64,000 nt of DNA from Mobula hypostoma. Lineage: Eukaryota. Positions 1 through 11,159 of the stretch are shown here, piece after piece. Positions within the stretch are counted from its first letter, which is position 1. Every line of letters begins with the position of its first letter. Where the stretch lies: contig NC_086097.1 of NCBI RefSeq assembly GCF_963921235.1, positions 26,352,001-26,416,000 on the forward strand, given 5' to 3'. The translations under genes were made by a program, and so were the position numbers. Under the pieces are notes generated by a model. That model did not search any database, was not told where the DNA came from, and saw nothing but the letters and a program-made list of their open reading frames with translations.

Positions 1-39
1 ATATAATTAGTCACTCACTTCATTTGGTGCTTGTGGAGT

Positions 40-575
40 CTGAGAAACAGCAATCCGGCATCTAGATAGAGGATGTCAGTGGGAGAGTCTAGGGCCAGAG
101 GGCATGGCCTCAGAATAGAATGACATCCCTTTAGAACAGAGATTAGAAGGAATTCTTTTAGTCAGAAGGCAGTAAATCACAGATGGCTGTGAAGGCCAAG
201 TCACTGGGTATATTTAAAACGGAAACTGATAGGTTCTTGATTGGTAAGGGTGTCAAGAGGTTATGGGGAGAAGGCAGGTGAATGGGGTTGAGAGGGATAA
301 TAAGGACTCTGTATGTCCTCCCTGGAATGCATGGGTTTCCTCTGGGTCCTCTGGTTTCCTCCCACAGTCCAAAGATGTGCTGGCTAGGTTAATTGTAAAT
401 GGTCCCATAATTAGGCTAGGGTCAAATTGGGGTTGTTTGGGGTTCTCGAAGGGTCAGGAGGACCTATTCCGTGTTGTATCTCTAAATAAATAACTTAGTA
501 AATCGGCCACAATGGAATGGCAAAGCAGACTCAACAGGCTGAATGTCCTAGTTTGCTCCTATGTCTTTGGGTCTT
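40..575 (+). mobile_element. CR1-clade LINE 3' fragment, interrupted by a V-SINE
   Basis: Decayed ORF2 C-terminal DNA (GESRARGH.LRI..HPFRTE.RRNFFSQ) followed by the CR1 3' UTR (ggcc...aatggaatgg...gcagactc...ctcctatgtct). Confidence 0.8.
305..493 (+). mobile_element. V-domain SINE (HE1-like), 5'-truncated
   Basis: Contains the V-SINE core gggtttcctctgggtcctctggtttcctcccacagtccaaagatgtg and a gtatctctaaataaataa tail; splits the CR1 3' end. Confidence 0.7.
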
Positions 576-1189
576 CATTCTGCACTGTTACTGTTTTATC
601 TCATTCTACCTCAATGCACTGTGCAATGATTTCATTTATATGAACAGCATGCAAGACAAGCACACCGTACCCTGGTACATGTGACAATAAACCAAATCCA
701 ATACCACATTTTGTACTTTTAAAGCCATGATCACACATTCATATTTTGAGTTTATGGTGATCACAGCATGCTTCATGAGAAAAAGTTTCAACAACTGTGG
801 GCGATTTTCAAATTAATCTTGCTTAGGCATATAAACAGGCCACGGCCCACAACTGTCGGATAATCATTGATACCCATTATATTTAACTGAGAGGATAGTG
901 GCTCTCCTAAGAACGATAACAATGATGGAAGCAGCACTATCAGCATTGGTGACCATGGACAAGGTTGGAAATGTAAGACCAATCAATTTGCTCCAATTGC
1001 AATTAGCTACAATTGTTAATTTTAGTACTACATTCATTCATTCATTACTGACACATTAGCAGGAAAGTAATCTTACAGCTAAGAGCCAAGTTCAACATTT
1101 ACAGTTTAAAGGCCATATCTTATATTATTGAAAATTCCAATATTACCCAAGTAATCACACTTTGCATACAATTGTCCACATATAGCTTT

Positions 1190-2170
1190 CTCGCCCTCAT
1201 TGGCAGGGTGTTTAGTATAAAAATCAGGAAGCTTTATAACAACTTAGTTAAGACCACATTTGGAGTATTGTTTGCAGTTCCTGGCACCATACCAAAGGAA
1301 GGATGTGGAGGCTTTGGAGATGGTGAAGATATTCACCAGGGTGTTGCCTAGGTTGGAGTGCACCAGTTATAAGGAGTATTGTGTCCAGTTCTGGTCACCT
1401 TGTTGTGGTATAGATGTAGAAGCTTCAGAGAGGGTGCAGGGGAGATTTATCAGGCTGCTGCCTGGATTAGAGAGTGTGTCTTATGAGGATAGATTGAGCG
1501 AGTTAAGGTTTTTTTCCTTTGGAGTGAAGGATGATAGGTGACTTGATAGAGGTGTACAAGATGATACACAATGAGGCATAGATAGATTGGAAAGCCAGAG
1601 ACATTTTCACAGAGCGAAAAGGGCTAATACCAGAGGGCATAATTTTAAGTGACTGGAGGAAAGTCTGAGGGGGACATCAGAGATCATTCGTTTTTTTTAC
1701 ACATAGCGAGTCGTGGGTGCATGGAACATGCTGCCAGGAGTGGAGGAAACCTCAGATATATTAGGGGCACTTAAAATGCTCTTAGATCGGCCATGGACGA
1801 TAGCAGAATGGAGAGTTAAAAGGGAGTAAAGAGTCAGATTGATCGTGGAGTAGGTTTAAAGGTTGGCACAACATCAGGGGCTAAAAGGCTGGGCTGTGAT
1901 GTACTGTTCTATGTTCTTTAAGGAGAGGTTGGACAAACTTGGATTGTTTTCACTGGAGTTTCAGAAGCTGAGGGATAACTATCTTGGAGTATATAAATGA
2001 TGAGAAGCATAAATAGGACAGCTGGAAATGCCAAAGTCTAGAAGGCATAGGTTTAAGGTGAGATGGGGGGAAAAAGTTTAAGAAGTGCAAGGGCAACTTG
2101 AGCGAAGTGGTAGGTGCCTAGAACACACTGCCAGGGGAGGTGCCCTGTTCCTGTGTGTTGTACTGTTCTA
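1190..2170 (+). mobile_element. Composite of CR1 3' fragments; second CR1 (about 1373-1918) inserted into the first
   Basis: ORF 1260-1541 has the EYCVQFWSP...LERVQ.RF.R.LPGLE motif twice. TAAGGAG flanks the inner copy at 1370-1376 and 1919-1925. Confidence 0.8.
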
Positions 2171-2419
2171 TGCAATCAAAAGTATAATTACCTTCTGCAG
2201 ATCTGTAACTGTATCTTATTTAAATGAAGGCTTTAACTTCTGGGCCTCAGATATCAGGTTCCCTACAGGTGGCAACCATTAATTTAGGTAGGGATTCTTT
2301 TGTCTTTGAACAGCTGACAAATAACTTGGCATTTGGATGCAAATAATTCAGGGATGGTAGTCTACTTAAAACCAGAAGTTTCATGCCAAGATTTTTACAG
2401 AAACCTAGATTTGTGGAGT

Positions 2420-2640
2420 CACAGCAAAATAGACTGCAGATGATGGAATCTTAAAAAAAATAGAAAGCTGGAAGAATTTAGTAGGTTAAGCAGCAACTGT
2501 GAGGGCATAAGGTGCATGTCAATATTTCAGGTCAAGAACCTGCAAATTAGAACTGAGGGGGGAAGAGGAAAGATTGGCATTATAGACAGTAAAAGGGAGG
2601 GTTCAGACGGAGGGTGGTAGGTGTTAGGTGGAACCAAGTC
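2420..2640 (-). mobile_element. Old Penelope-like terminal repeat / 3' UTR fragment
   Basis: Degenerate match to the gactgcagatgctggaatc...gctggaggaactcagcagg...cagcatc family seen elsewhere in the window, followed by a purine-rich tract. Confidence 0.5.
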
Positions 2641-3105
2641 CACCATATGAAAAGCACTCCCCTCTATCCTGAGGAGTGCTGCCACAAGAAAGCAGCATCC
2701 ATCATTAAGGACCCCACCACCTAGGTCTTCCTCCCTTCTCACTGCTGCCACCAGGAAGGAGGTACAGGAGCCTTACTTCCCATACCACCGGGTTCATGAA
2801 TAGCTATTACACTACAACCATCAGACTCCTGAACCAGCGTGGATAACTTCACTCACTCCAGCACTGAACTGATTCCAACAATCTATGGACTCACTTTCAA
2901 GGACGCTAGAGCTCATGTTCTCAATATTGTTTTATTAATTATTTATTTAGTACTATTATTGGTATTTTTTATGATCACACAGTTGGTCTTCTTCTGCACA
3001 TTGGTTGTCTGTCCGTGGTTGTGTGTAGTTTTCCATTGATTCTATTGTGTTTCTTTGTACTTACTGTGAATGCCCGCAAGAAAAGGAATCTCAGGGTAGT
3101 ATATA
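2640..3105 (+). mobile_element. Rex1/Babar-type LINE 3' fragment
   Basis: Encodes decayed CHKKAASIIKDPHH....FSLLP.GRRYRSL...TTGF.NSYY; the 3' UTR is shared with copies at 18.6-20.3, 41.8-42.1 and 58.7-59.1 kb. Confidence 0.7.
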
Positions 3106-3599
3106 CTGTATACTTCTCTGCTGTTGTCTTGTTGCTCGTTGTGTTCTGCAGAGCACAGTGAGCATAGTATGCTGGCAGCACTTGTAGTTTGCCCTCAGCA
3201 CATCCTCGGGTGTGTTGGTTGCCAACACAAATGACATTTCACTGTATGTTTCGGTGTACGCGTGATAAATCCACTTGATTCTTGAATCTGATACAGTGGA
3301 TGATGGGGAGGGGGAGCAGCTGAGCAATGGATTCAGCCGGCTATGAAAAGTGGCAGGTACACAAAGAGTAATCTTTGACCAAATGATCTCGAATAGCTAG
3401 AAAAGAGTTCCAGACTTCACAGACAGGAGGCTGTTTCTTGGAAGATGTGGTTGTGTGGTGTGTGAGAAATACAATTCTGGAGAAATATGATGATTTTAGG
3501 AGGGGCTGTTAAAATTTTATGTGGCTGCTCTGAATGCCCACAAGAAAATAATTTTCAGGGTAGCAACCATTACAATCATTATTTTTTCAGCAGTAAATA

Positions 3600-4143
3600 C
3601 ACTCAGTGGTCATATTAATAGGCACCTCCTGTATCTATTAAAGTATCCACTGAGTGTGTGTTCATGGTCTTCTGCTGCTGTAGCCCATCCACTTCAAGGT
3701 TTGACATGTTGTGCATTCAGAGATGCTCTTCCGCACACTGCTGTTGTAACACTTGGTTATTTCAGTGACTGTTGTCTTCCTTCGAACTTGAACTAGTCTG
3801 ACCTCTCTCATTAACAAGGCATTTTCGCACAAAGAACTGCTGCTCACTGGATGTTTTTTTCCCTGTTGTTCACACCATTTTCTATAAACTCTAGAGACTG
3901 GTGTGTGTGAAAATCCCAGGAGATCAACAATTTCTGAAATACTCAAACCACCCTGTCCGACACCAACAATCATTCCACAGTCAAGGTCAGTTATATCACT
4001 TTTCTTCCCCATTTTGATGTTTGGTCTGAACAATAACTATACCTCTTGACCACATCTGCATGCTTTTATGCATAGAGTTGCTGCCAGATATTTGCACTAA
4101 CGAGTAGGTATACAGGTGCACCTAATAAAGTGGGCGCTGACTG
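3600..4143 (-). mobile_element. Internally deleted Tc1-family element (TC1DR3/Intruder-like), N-terminal HTH only
   Basis: TA-flanked ends CACTCAGTGG(C/T)CA..TTA.TAGG. ORF 3662-4033 reads MGKKSDITDLDCGMIVG...GLSISEIVDLLGFSHTPVSRVYRKW...SISECTTCQTLKWMGYSSRRP. Confidence 0.85.
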
Positions 4144-4299
4144 TATATAATACAAATTTAATTGTTGCTTGTGTGTCATGTTGCATTGGGTCTAACAGAA
4201 GACTGCACAGCTTCACTAGCTGCCTTGGCAGAATTACACAACATATTTACAGAGCTGGGTCAGTAATCTAATTTGAAGCCAGGCACAGGAGAAATATAT

Positions 4300-4705
4300 T
4301 CAAAGTCAAAGTAAATTTATTGTCAAAATACATATTGGTCACCATATACTATCTTGCAATTCATTTTCTTGCAGGCATTTACAAGAAAATAAAATATACA
4401 GCAAAATTATGAAAATCACAAACAAAGAACTGACAATGTACAAAAGATAACAAATTGTGCAAATAATTTTAAAAAACATAATATTGAGAACATGCATGGC
4501 AAAGAGTCCTTGAAAGTGAGTCTGTAGGTTCAAAGTTGTGATGAGAAAAGTTATCCATGCCTGTTCAGGAGCCCGATGGTTGTAGGATAATAACTGTTCC
4601 TGAATTAGATGGTGTGGGACGTACCAGCTTCCTGATGGCAACAGTAAGAAGACAGCATGGCCTGGATGGTGGGGGATCTTTGATGATGGATGCTGCTTTC
4701 CTGCA
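4300..4705 (-). mobile_element. Rex1/Babar-type LINE 3' fragment
   Basis: AASIIK.PHHPGHAVFLLLPSG motif (ORF 4339-4773) and a tail ending in aataaatttactttgactttga. Confidence 0.65.
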
Positions 4706-7529
4706 GCCGGACAAACGGTCAAGGGGCTGCCTGAAACTACTGTGTTTGAATGGGTCAGATTTCTATCAAACATTTCTGCAAACCAGTTCAGCTATGTTGC
4801 TCTCTTGAACAGCAAGAAAAGCACCGCATTCAGCATGTCTATGGTTAGTACTACTGTATATGCAATCTAATTATCTTGATAAATGGCCTTGCCAACAAAA
4901 TTCCAAACAATATGCCTGAGGATAATTACTTGGTTACTATTTATTGACGTTGCCATGTTATTCAGAGGCGTCACTAATTGTGTCTCTGGATGACATCACT
5001 GTTCCATAAAGTAGAACTTCTAATGGATGCACATTAAGGACTGTGTTGTGTTAGATTTTCAACAGGTGTAGCTGGTACGTGATCTATTCCTTTGAGCTTT
5101 CAACTTCATTGTGATTGATAGCACTTTCTGAAACAAGCAATATTTCTACATCGTCAGCACCAAAACACCAACACAAGCAATTCTCTTTCATCAACACATT
5201 GAGATAGTCAAAGCTAGATCTTTACTGATGAGTGGTGTACATATTTTCCAATCGTAACAGAGAAGTAAATTAGAATGAGATTCAACTGTTGAAAGGCTAC
5301 AGTAACAAGCACAAAACTTCCCAGTTCTTCGTCACAATCTCCCAGTATTTAGCCCCACTCTGCTATTTTGAGAGAATGGATTTTTGACCAAGGGCGATTT
5401 ATTCCATTTATCTTCCTCACCTGGGTTGCATCTATGACTGAAAGATATTTCACACTCAAATATAACATTAAACAATGGAGACTTAGTTTGCAAAATTCTT
5501 AACAAAGGCATAGAACACATCTTAGTAATGCTAAATTCAACTAGGGTTTGTGTCTCTAAATCATAAACTACAACTGGAAATACATTAGTTCGAGTTGATA
5601 AAGCTTCCAATTGTCTGTGCAGTTATCAATGTGAATCAACACTTTAAAGACATGATATCAAAGGTACCACTGTCTTTTCATCAGATCTGTTTCATAAAAC
5701 AACTGTGTATACTCTTAAAGATTGGTTATGTTAGTAAAAAGATAATTTCTACTCCTACATCTGTTCAACCTACACAACCGAAACACTGGTTAGAACAACC
5801 AACAGTTGTTGAACAGATAAGATGATCAACTAACTAGTCAACCTCTTGATGCATGTCAGTTCTCCTATGCTGTCCAACCAAACTGAGAGAGATGGGTATG
5901 GTATTTCATGTGCAGATATTTCAATATTTTGTTCCACTCCAAAGAAATTCCTATGATTCAGTATTAGTCAAAGGCATAGTTTAAAATGCTGCTCAAACTC
6001 TTGAGCAAAAATAATACTGGATATTGAATTTAGATCTACCCTCTCCAGGAGGTGTTCATATCCCCACAGTACTATAATAAGGAGTATGCCTTACATTCAC
6101 AGACCAATCATCTTCTCATTATATCAATGATAACAATGAATACACTTCAAAATGCATTTCTTTGGCCGTGAGACATCCCGAGGTTTTGAAAGGCACATAG
6201 TGTTCATTGTTCCTGAACACTTCATGCAGCAACACTGACTGCTTGAGAATAGTGTGTTGATATAAGACATGGGAGCAGTGCCCGGCCACTTGGCCTATCG
6301 AATCTGCCCCACTAGTCAATCATGGTTGATTTATTATCCCTCTCAAACCCATTCTCCTGACTTTTCCCCGTACTGTTTGATGCCCTTACTAATCAGGAAC
6401 CTTTCAATCTCTGCTTTAAATATACCCTATGACATGGCCCCCACAGATTCACCATCCTCTGGCTAAAGAAATTCCTCATCTCTGTTCTACTACACACTAG
6501 ATACTTCTCCAAGTAATTCAAAGTTCAAAGTCCAAATCCAAGGTAAATTTATTATCAAAATACATATATCACCATATACATCCCTGAGATTCATTTCCTT
6601 GCGGGGATTTGCAATAAATACAAGAAACACAATAGAATCAATGAAAGACAAACAGGATGGACAAACAACCAATATGCAAAAGACAACAAACTGTGCAAAT
6701 ACAAAAATAAATAATAATATTAATAATAACAAATAAATAAACAATAAATATCAAGCCAATGAGATGAAGAGTCCTTGAAAGTAAGTCCATAGGTTGTGGG
6801 AACAGTTCAGTGATGGGGCAAGTGAAGTTATCCCCTCTAGTTCAAGTACTAAACCTGGTGGTGTGAGTCCTGAGTCTCCCGTATCTCCTTGATATTGCTG
6901 ACATTGAGTGAGAGATTGTTGTTGTGGCCACTCAGCCAGACTTTTAATCTCCCTCCTATGTGCTGATTTGTCACCAACTTTGATTCAGCCAACAACAGTG
7001 GTGTCATCACCAAATTTAAATATGGCATTGTCATAAGGAGCACCTGTGCTGATGGAGATTGAGGAGAAGATGTTGTTGCCAAATCGAACTGTGTGGGGTC
7101 TGCAAGTGAGGAAATCCAGGATCCAAATGCAAAAGCCGATATTCAGGCCTAAGTCTTGAAGCTTATTGATTAGCTCTGAGAGTATAAGAGTACTGAATGT
7201 CAAGCTGAAGTCAATGAAGAGCATCCTGATGTATGCATTTTCGCTGTCCAGATATTCCAGGGTTGAGTGAGGAGCCAATGAAATGACAGTTGCTGTTGAC
7301 TTGTTGTTAAGGCAGGCAAATTGGACATGAGATGTCGTTCTGGCAATTGTGTCTGGACCTCTTGTACTTTACTTGGCCACCAGACCTGAATGCCACTGAT
7401 ATGGCTCTCAGCGGATTATGGATCTCATGGTTCATCCAGGGTTTCTAGTAGAAGGCGGCTTTGAATGATTCTGTGGGGACACACTGACCGACAACTGCTT
7501 TGTGAAGTCCTTGAAACTGTACTGTATTC

Positions 7530-8950
7530 CAGACATCCCACCCTGCAAAAACTCATTTCAGGGCGGTAGCACCCCATATCCCCCTCCCCTGTCAACCTCC
7601 AAGGGTGTATGTAATACTTTGTTTAGTGATTTTGTCTAATCTGTAAACCAAGTTGGGTATATGCAGAAAATGTGGCATTAAAATATCTACTTATATTATA
7701 TTATATTATCATGTTTATTCTATTACAACTTTAAGCAAGTCTACAGGGATTTTGGCCTCATCACGTAGGACATCAATAGCGTAGCTCCTTAGCAGCCAGC
7801 CAGCTAGTTTAAATAACGTTAGCTACGCTAATGAACGAATGACACCTGTTAAACTCACCTCAACATGTCTTTTACACTTTAACCCACCATGGGCAATAGA
7901 AAAGTCACTGTTGCAAACAGTGCAGCGAGCAACATTGTCATTATTTTTTGAGGTTGACTGTAAAGCCCGCCCACAGAGAAAACTGATAGGTCTCCTTAGC
8001 AGGGGTCCCCAACCTTTTTTGCACTGTGGACTGGTTTAATATTGACAATATTCTTGCGGACCCACCGACCGGGGGGGGGGGGGGTGTTAATCACGACCGG
8101 AATATAGCTGATAAGTCAACTATAAGTCACTTATAGTGGCTAATACACTCAATTTCGTTTCTAAAAGGGTTTATCTAATGAATTTAATATTAAACACACA
8201 GCACATCGCATGAATATAGTGATAAGTCAATTATAAGTCAGTGGCATCATAACATTTTAAGTAACGTTTGGATATTAAACACACAGCACATATTTTCCCT
8301 GTATGAGCATTTAAAATCATTGCAACACACCAATATCGCTGAATCAGTGGGAGCCCTGGGCTTGTTTTCCTGCAACAAGACAGTGCCATCGAGGGGTGAT
8401 GGGAGACAGCGATACTCCAAGGGGTTCCTTATGTCCAGTCTATTCCGCAATTTAGTTTTCGTTGCATTCATTGCAGAAAACCCCACTTCGCAGAGATATG
8501 TTGGAAATGGAAGCAACGTTTTCAGTGCTTCCGTGGCTTCTCAGGATATTCAGCCTTGACTTTGATCCAGAGTGCCGGCAGAGATGTTATGTCAAACATA
8601 ATTTTCAGCCTGCCGTCATTTGCAAGCTCGAGGAGTTGATCTCCTTCCCACGCTGACATGGATGACGCGTGCGTAATGACCTCGCGTGTGTTCAAGTTCA
8701 ACAGTGGGCGTGACAGGGAATGAGGAAAGGTGCAGCTGACTCATATCGTTTCGTATCACCAAATCATATTGTTTCCTCGCGGCCCGGTTGTTGGGGACCA
8801 CTCTTAGCATGAAGAGAGACCAATCAGGATACTCGCTCTCTCTCTCAAAAAAAACTATTTCTGGGATATTGTGTATAATTTCCGGGCATCAGGGAGCCAC
8901 TATCAATATGCGGGAGACTCCCGGAACTTCCGGGAGAGATGGGATGTCTG
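7530..8950. mobile_element. Non-autonomous hAT-like DNA transposon with 6-bp TSD
   Basis: TIR CAGACATCCCA (7530) / TGGGATGTCTG (8950), subterminal CGGGAG repeats, and direct repeat GTATTC on both sides. Confidence 0.8.
8000..8802 (-). mobile_element. hAT Charlie/Buster deletion derivative carrying the transposase C-terminal dimerisation domain
   Basis: TIR CAGGGGTCCCCAAC / GTTGGGGACCACT. The minus strand encodes LLPFPTYLCEVGFSAMNATKTKLRNRLD and, after a frameshift, RWD.LVAGKQAQGSH*. The TSD is imperfect (ctccttag / ctcttag). Confidence 0.85.
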
Positions 8951-9000
8951 GTATTCGTTCAGATCCTATGATGAGTCCCTGAACACTGCCCAGTCCACTT

Positions 9001-9192
9001 AGTAATTATGCAATCAATTATTTTGTGCTCAATAATTGTAATAAATTTAGACCAATTTGTAGAAATTTGTTTTCACTTTGACACGAAAGAGTCTTTTCTG
9101 TTGATCAAATTAAATCCGCTGTGATTCAAAGTTGTAAAACTATAAAACATGAAAACTTCCAGGAGGGGGGTGATTACTTTTTATAGGCATTG
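9001..9192 (+). mobile_element. Tc1-family right terminal repeat fragment
   Basis: Ends gggggtgattactttttataggcattg, the reverse complement of a CAGTGCCTATAAAAAGTATTCACCCC-type Tc1 terminus. Confidence 0.6.
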
Positions 9193-9564
9193 CAATTGCT
9201 AAGCTGGTCTGTTCTATTTTGTATTTACAGGTATGTTTTCCAATCTGTACCACTTGTCAGAAAATGTTAATATTTATTTTGCAAACATTACTACACAAAT
9301 GAATACACACGTCACTTGCTTGTATTTTAAAAAGGGATAATGGAGAAATAGCCACTGAAATGTTTGCGCATTTCCTTTCTTTCATACTAATGTTTGTTTT
9401 TGCCTCTGGTTCTCTTCAAAGAATTAGTGATGCATCATCAAACACTGGCTGCTGAAGGGTTTATTGACCAGGCTGCATTCCAATACTTCCCCTTTATCCA
9501 GATCAGTGTGAGGTACTGCACTTTGAGAGGTCAAATTCTTCAAGACAGGAGAAGCATCTGACTT

Positions 9565-10370
9565 TAGAATCATAGAGTACTACAGCACTGAAACAGGTAT
9601 TTCAGCTCATCTAGTCTTTGCTCAACTACTAGTCTGCCTAGCCCCATCCGTCACCTATACCTGGACCGTAGCCCTCTGTGCCCGTCTTATCCATGTATTA
9701 ATTCAAACTTCCCTTGAATGTCGAAATCAAACCTGCACCCACCCACTTCTGCTGGCAGCTCATTCTACACTTGCACTACATTTTGAGCAAAGACTATCCC
9801 CCTCATGTTCCCCTTAAATATTTTACCTCTATGACCTCTAGTTCTAGTCTCACCCAATCTCGGTGGAAAAGCCCGCTGGCGTTTACCCCTATTTTTACTA
9901 ATCTTAATTTTATATACCTCTCTTCAATTCTTCACTCATTCTCCTAAACTCTAGACAATAAAATCCTAACCTATTCAACCTATCCCTATAACACAGGTTC
10001 TCAAGTCCTGGCAAGATCCTTGTAAATTTTCTCTGTACTCTTTCAATCTTACTGATATCTTGCCTGTAGGCAGGTGACCAGATCTGCACACATTCTGGTA
10101 GACATATAGAGAACATAGAACAGTACGTCACTGTTTGGGGCTTTTGGCCCACAGATTTGTGCTCATCTTTATGCCAATTTATACTAACTATACTCTTACA
10201 TGTATTATCCATATACCTCCACTCCCTTCATATCTACTAATCTGTATAAAAGCCTCTTAAACTCCACCAAACTGTCTGGTTCCATGGTAACTCTTACCGG
10301 ACAACTACCACTTTCTTCATGAAAAATTTGTCCCTCCCTCACCTTTAAATTCCCCCAACTTAAAACAACA
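9565..10370 (-). mobile_element. Two adjacent CR1 3' fragments
   Basis: ORF 9910-10212 reads ECVQIWSPAYRQDISKIERVQRKFTRILPGLE. CR1 tails appear as tagaatcataga and catatagagaacatagaa on the plus strand. Confidence 0.7.
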
Positions 10371-10777
10371 TATCCTATATAGCTAATAGTAGGGCCTTAG
10401 GATCAAGGATCAACTTTATTCACCATATACATTCAAATACATAAAGAATTTGCTTCGGTGTGATGGTGAGACATGCAGCAATTATAAAAAATAAAGAATT
10501 ATATAAAATAAGTTAGAGGTTAAAGTAAGTAAGGGTATGGAATAAAATGTACATCAATACCAGCGTGCATTTACAATGTAATCAGCATTATAAAAAGTGG
10601 TTTACAGTGGCTGAGGTAGTGGATAGAGGAGGGTGGGTGGGGGGAGGGGTAACCGGAATGATTGATCAGATTAACTACCTGGGAAAGAAACTTTTAAAAT
10701 GGCATTGTTTTTGTATTATAGCCCTGTAGTGCTTTCCAGAAGAAAGCTGTAGGAAACAAGCAGTTTGCTAGGTGGGT

Positions 10778-10983
10778 CATAAACACAAAATAATCTGCAG
10801 ATGCTGGGGTCAAAGCAACACTCACAACACGCTGGAGGAACTCAGCACGTCAGGCAGCATCCGTGGAAAAGATCGGTCGACGTTTCTGTCCTGACGAAGG
10901 GTTCCGGCCCGAAACGTCAACCGATCTTTTCCACGGATGCTGCCCGACCTGCTGAGTTCCTCCAGCGTGTTGTGAGTGTTGCT
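10778..10983 (+). mobile_element. Penelope-like (PLE) inverted terminal-repeat element
   Basis: 73-bp arms 10814-10886 and 10911-10983 are reverse complements with 3 mismatches; flanked by duplicated TTGCTAGGTGGGT (10765-10777 / 10979-10991). Confidence 0.8.
10887..10922 (+). ncRNA. Minimal type-I hammerhead ribozyme core (PLE-associated)
   Basis: Sequence reads tgtc-CTGACGA-A-[GGGT tccg GCCC stem II]-GAAAC-GTC-aacc. The CUGANGA and GAAAC boxes are intact, with a GUC cleavage triplet and a palindromic ACGT stem III. Confidence 0.7.
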
Positions 10984-11159
10984 AGGTGGGTAGTGTCTGC
11001 AATGACTTTTCCTGCCATCTTCTTTGCCTTGGATGGTAGACTCTAGCCAAGGACATTTTCTGTTGACCTGCCGTTTTCATATACTGTGGGAGGTTGCTGC
11101 ACCAAACCAGACAGCGATGGCTTACGTGAAGATGCTCTCTATGATGGGAGCTTTGACGT

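Larger units (their letters stand above)
6515..9000 (-). mobile_element. Rex1/Babar LINE, decayed ORF2 with RT segment, interrupted at 7530-8950
   Basis: ORF 6985-7278 reads YIRMLFIDFSLTFSTL...KLQDLGL...CIWILDFLTCRP...ISTGAP. Upstream KPWMN lies near 7440. DWAVFRDSS.DLNEY at 8950-9000 rejoins the left part across the inserted hAT. Confidence 0.75.
10405..11150 (-). mobile_element. Rex1/Babar-type 3' fragment hosting a Penelope-derived hairpin
   Basis: Minus strand gives IESIFT.AIAVWFG-like remnants and a tail ending in aataaagttgatccttgatcc. Confidence 0.55.

Noticed and set aside
5332..5610. 92-aa minus ORF, or a microexon at about 5421-5437 (tttcAG|TCATAGATGCAACCCAG|GTGAGG)
   Set aside because: No recognisable protein, a short pyrimidine tract and a size expected by chance; it needs RNA evidence.
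9421..9512. Possible plus-strand exon ending gtgtgag|gtactg
   Set aside because: The donor-like end is a CR1 remnant (CEVLHF.RSN coding DNA).
10814..10983. Pre-miRNA or TIR MITE
   Set aside because: It belongs to a multi-copy family with variable, asymmetric centres and single-arm copies, and it contains hammerhead boxes; this fits Penelope pseudo-LTR inversions.
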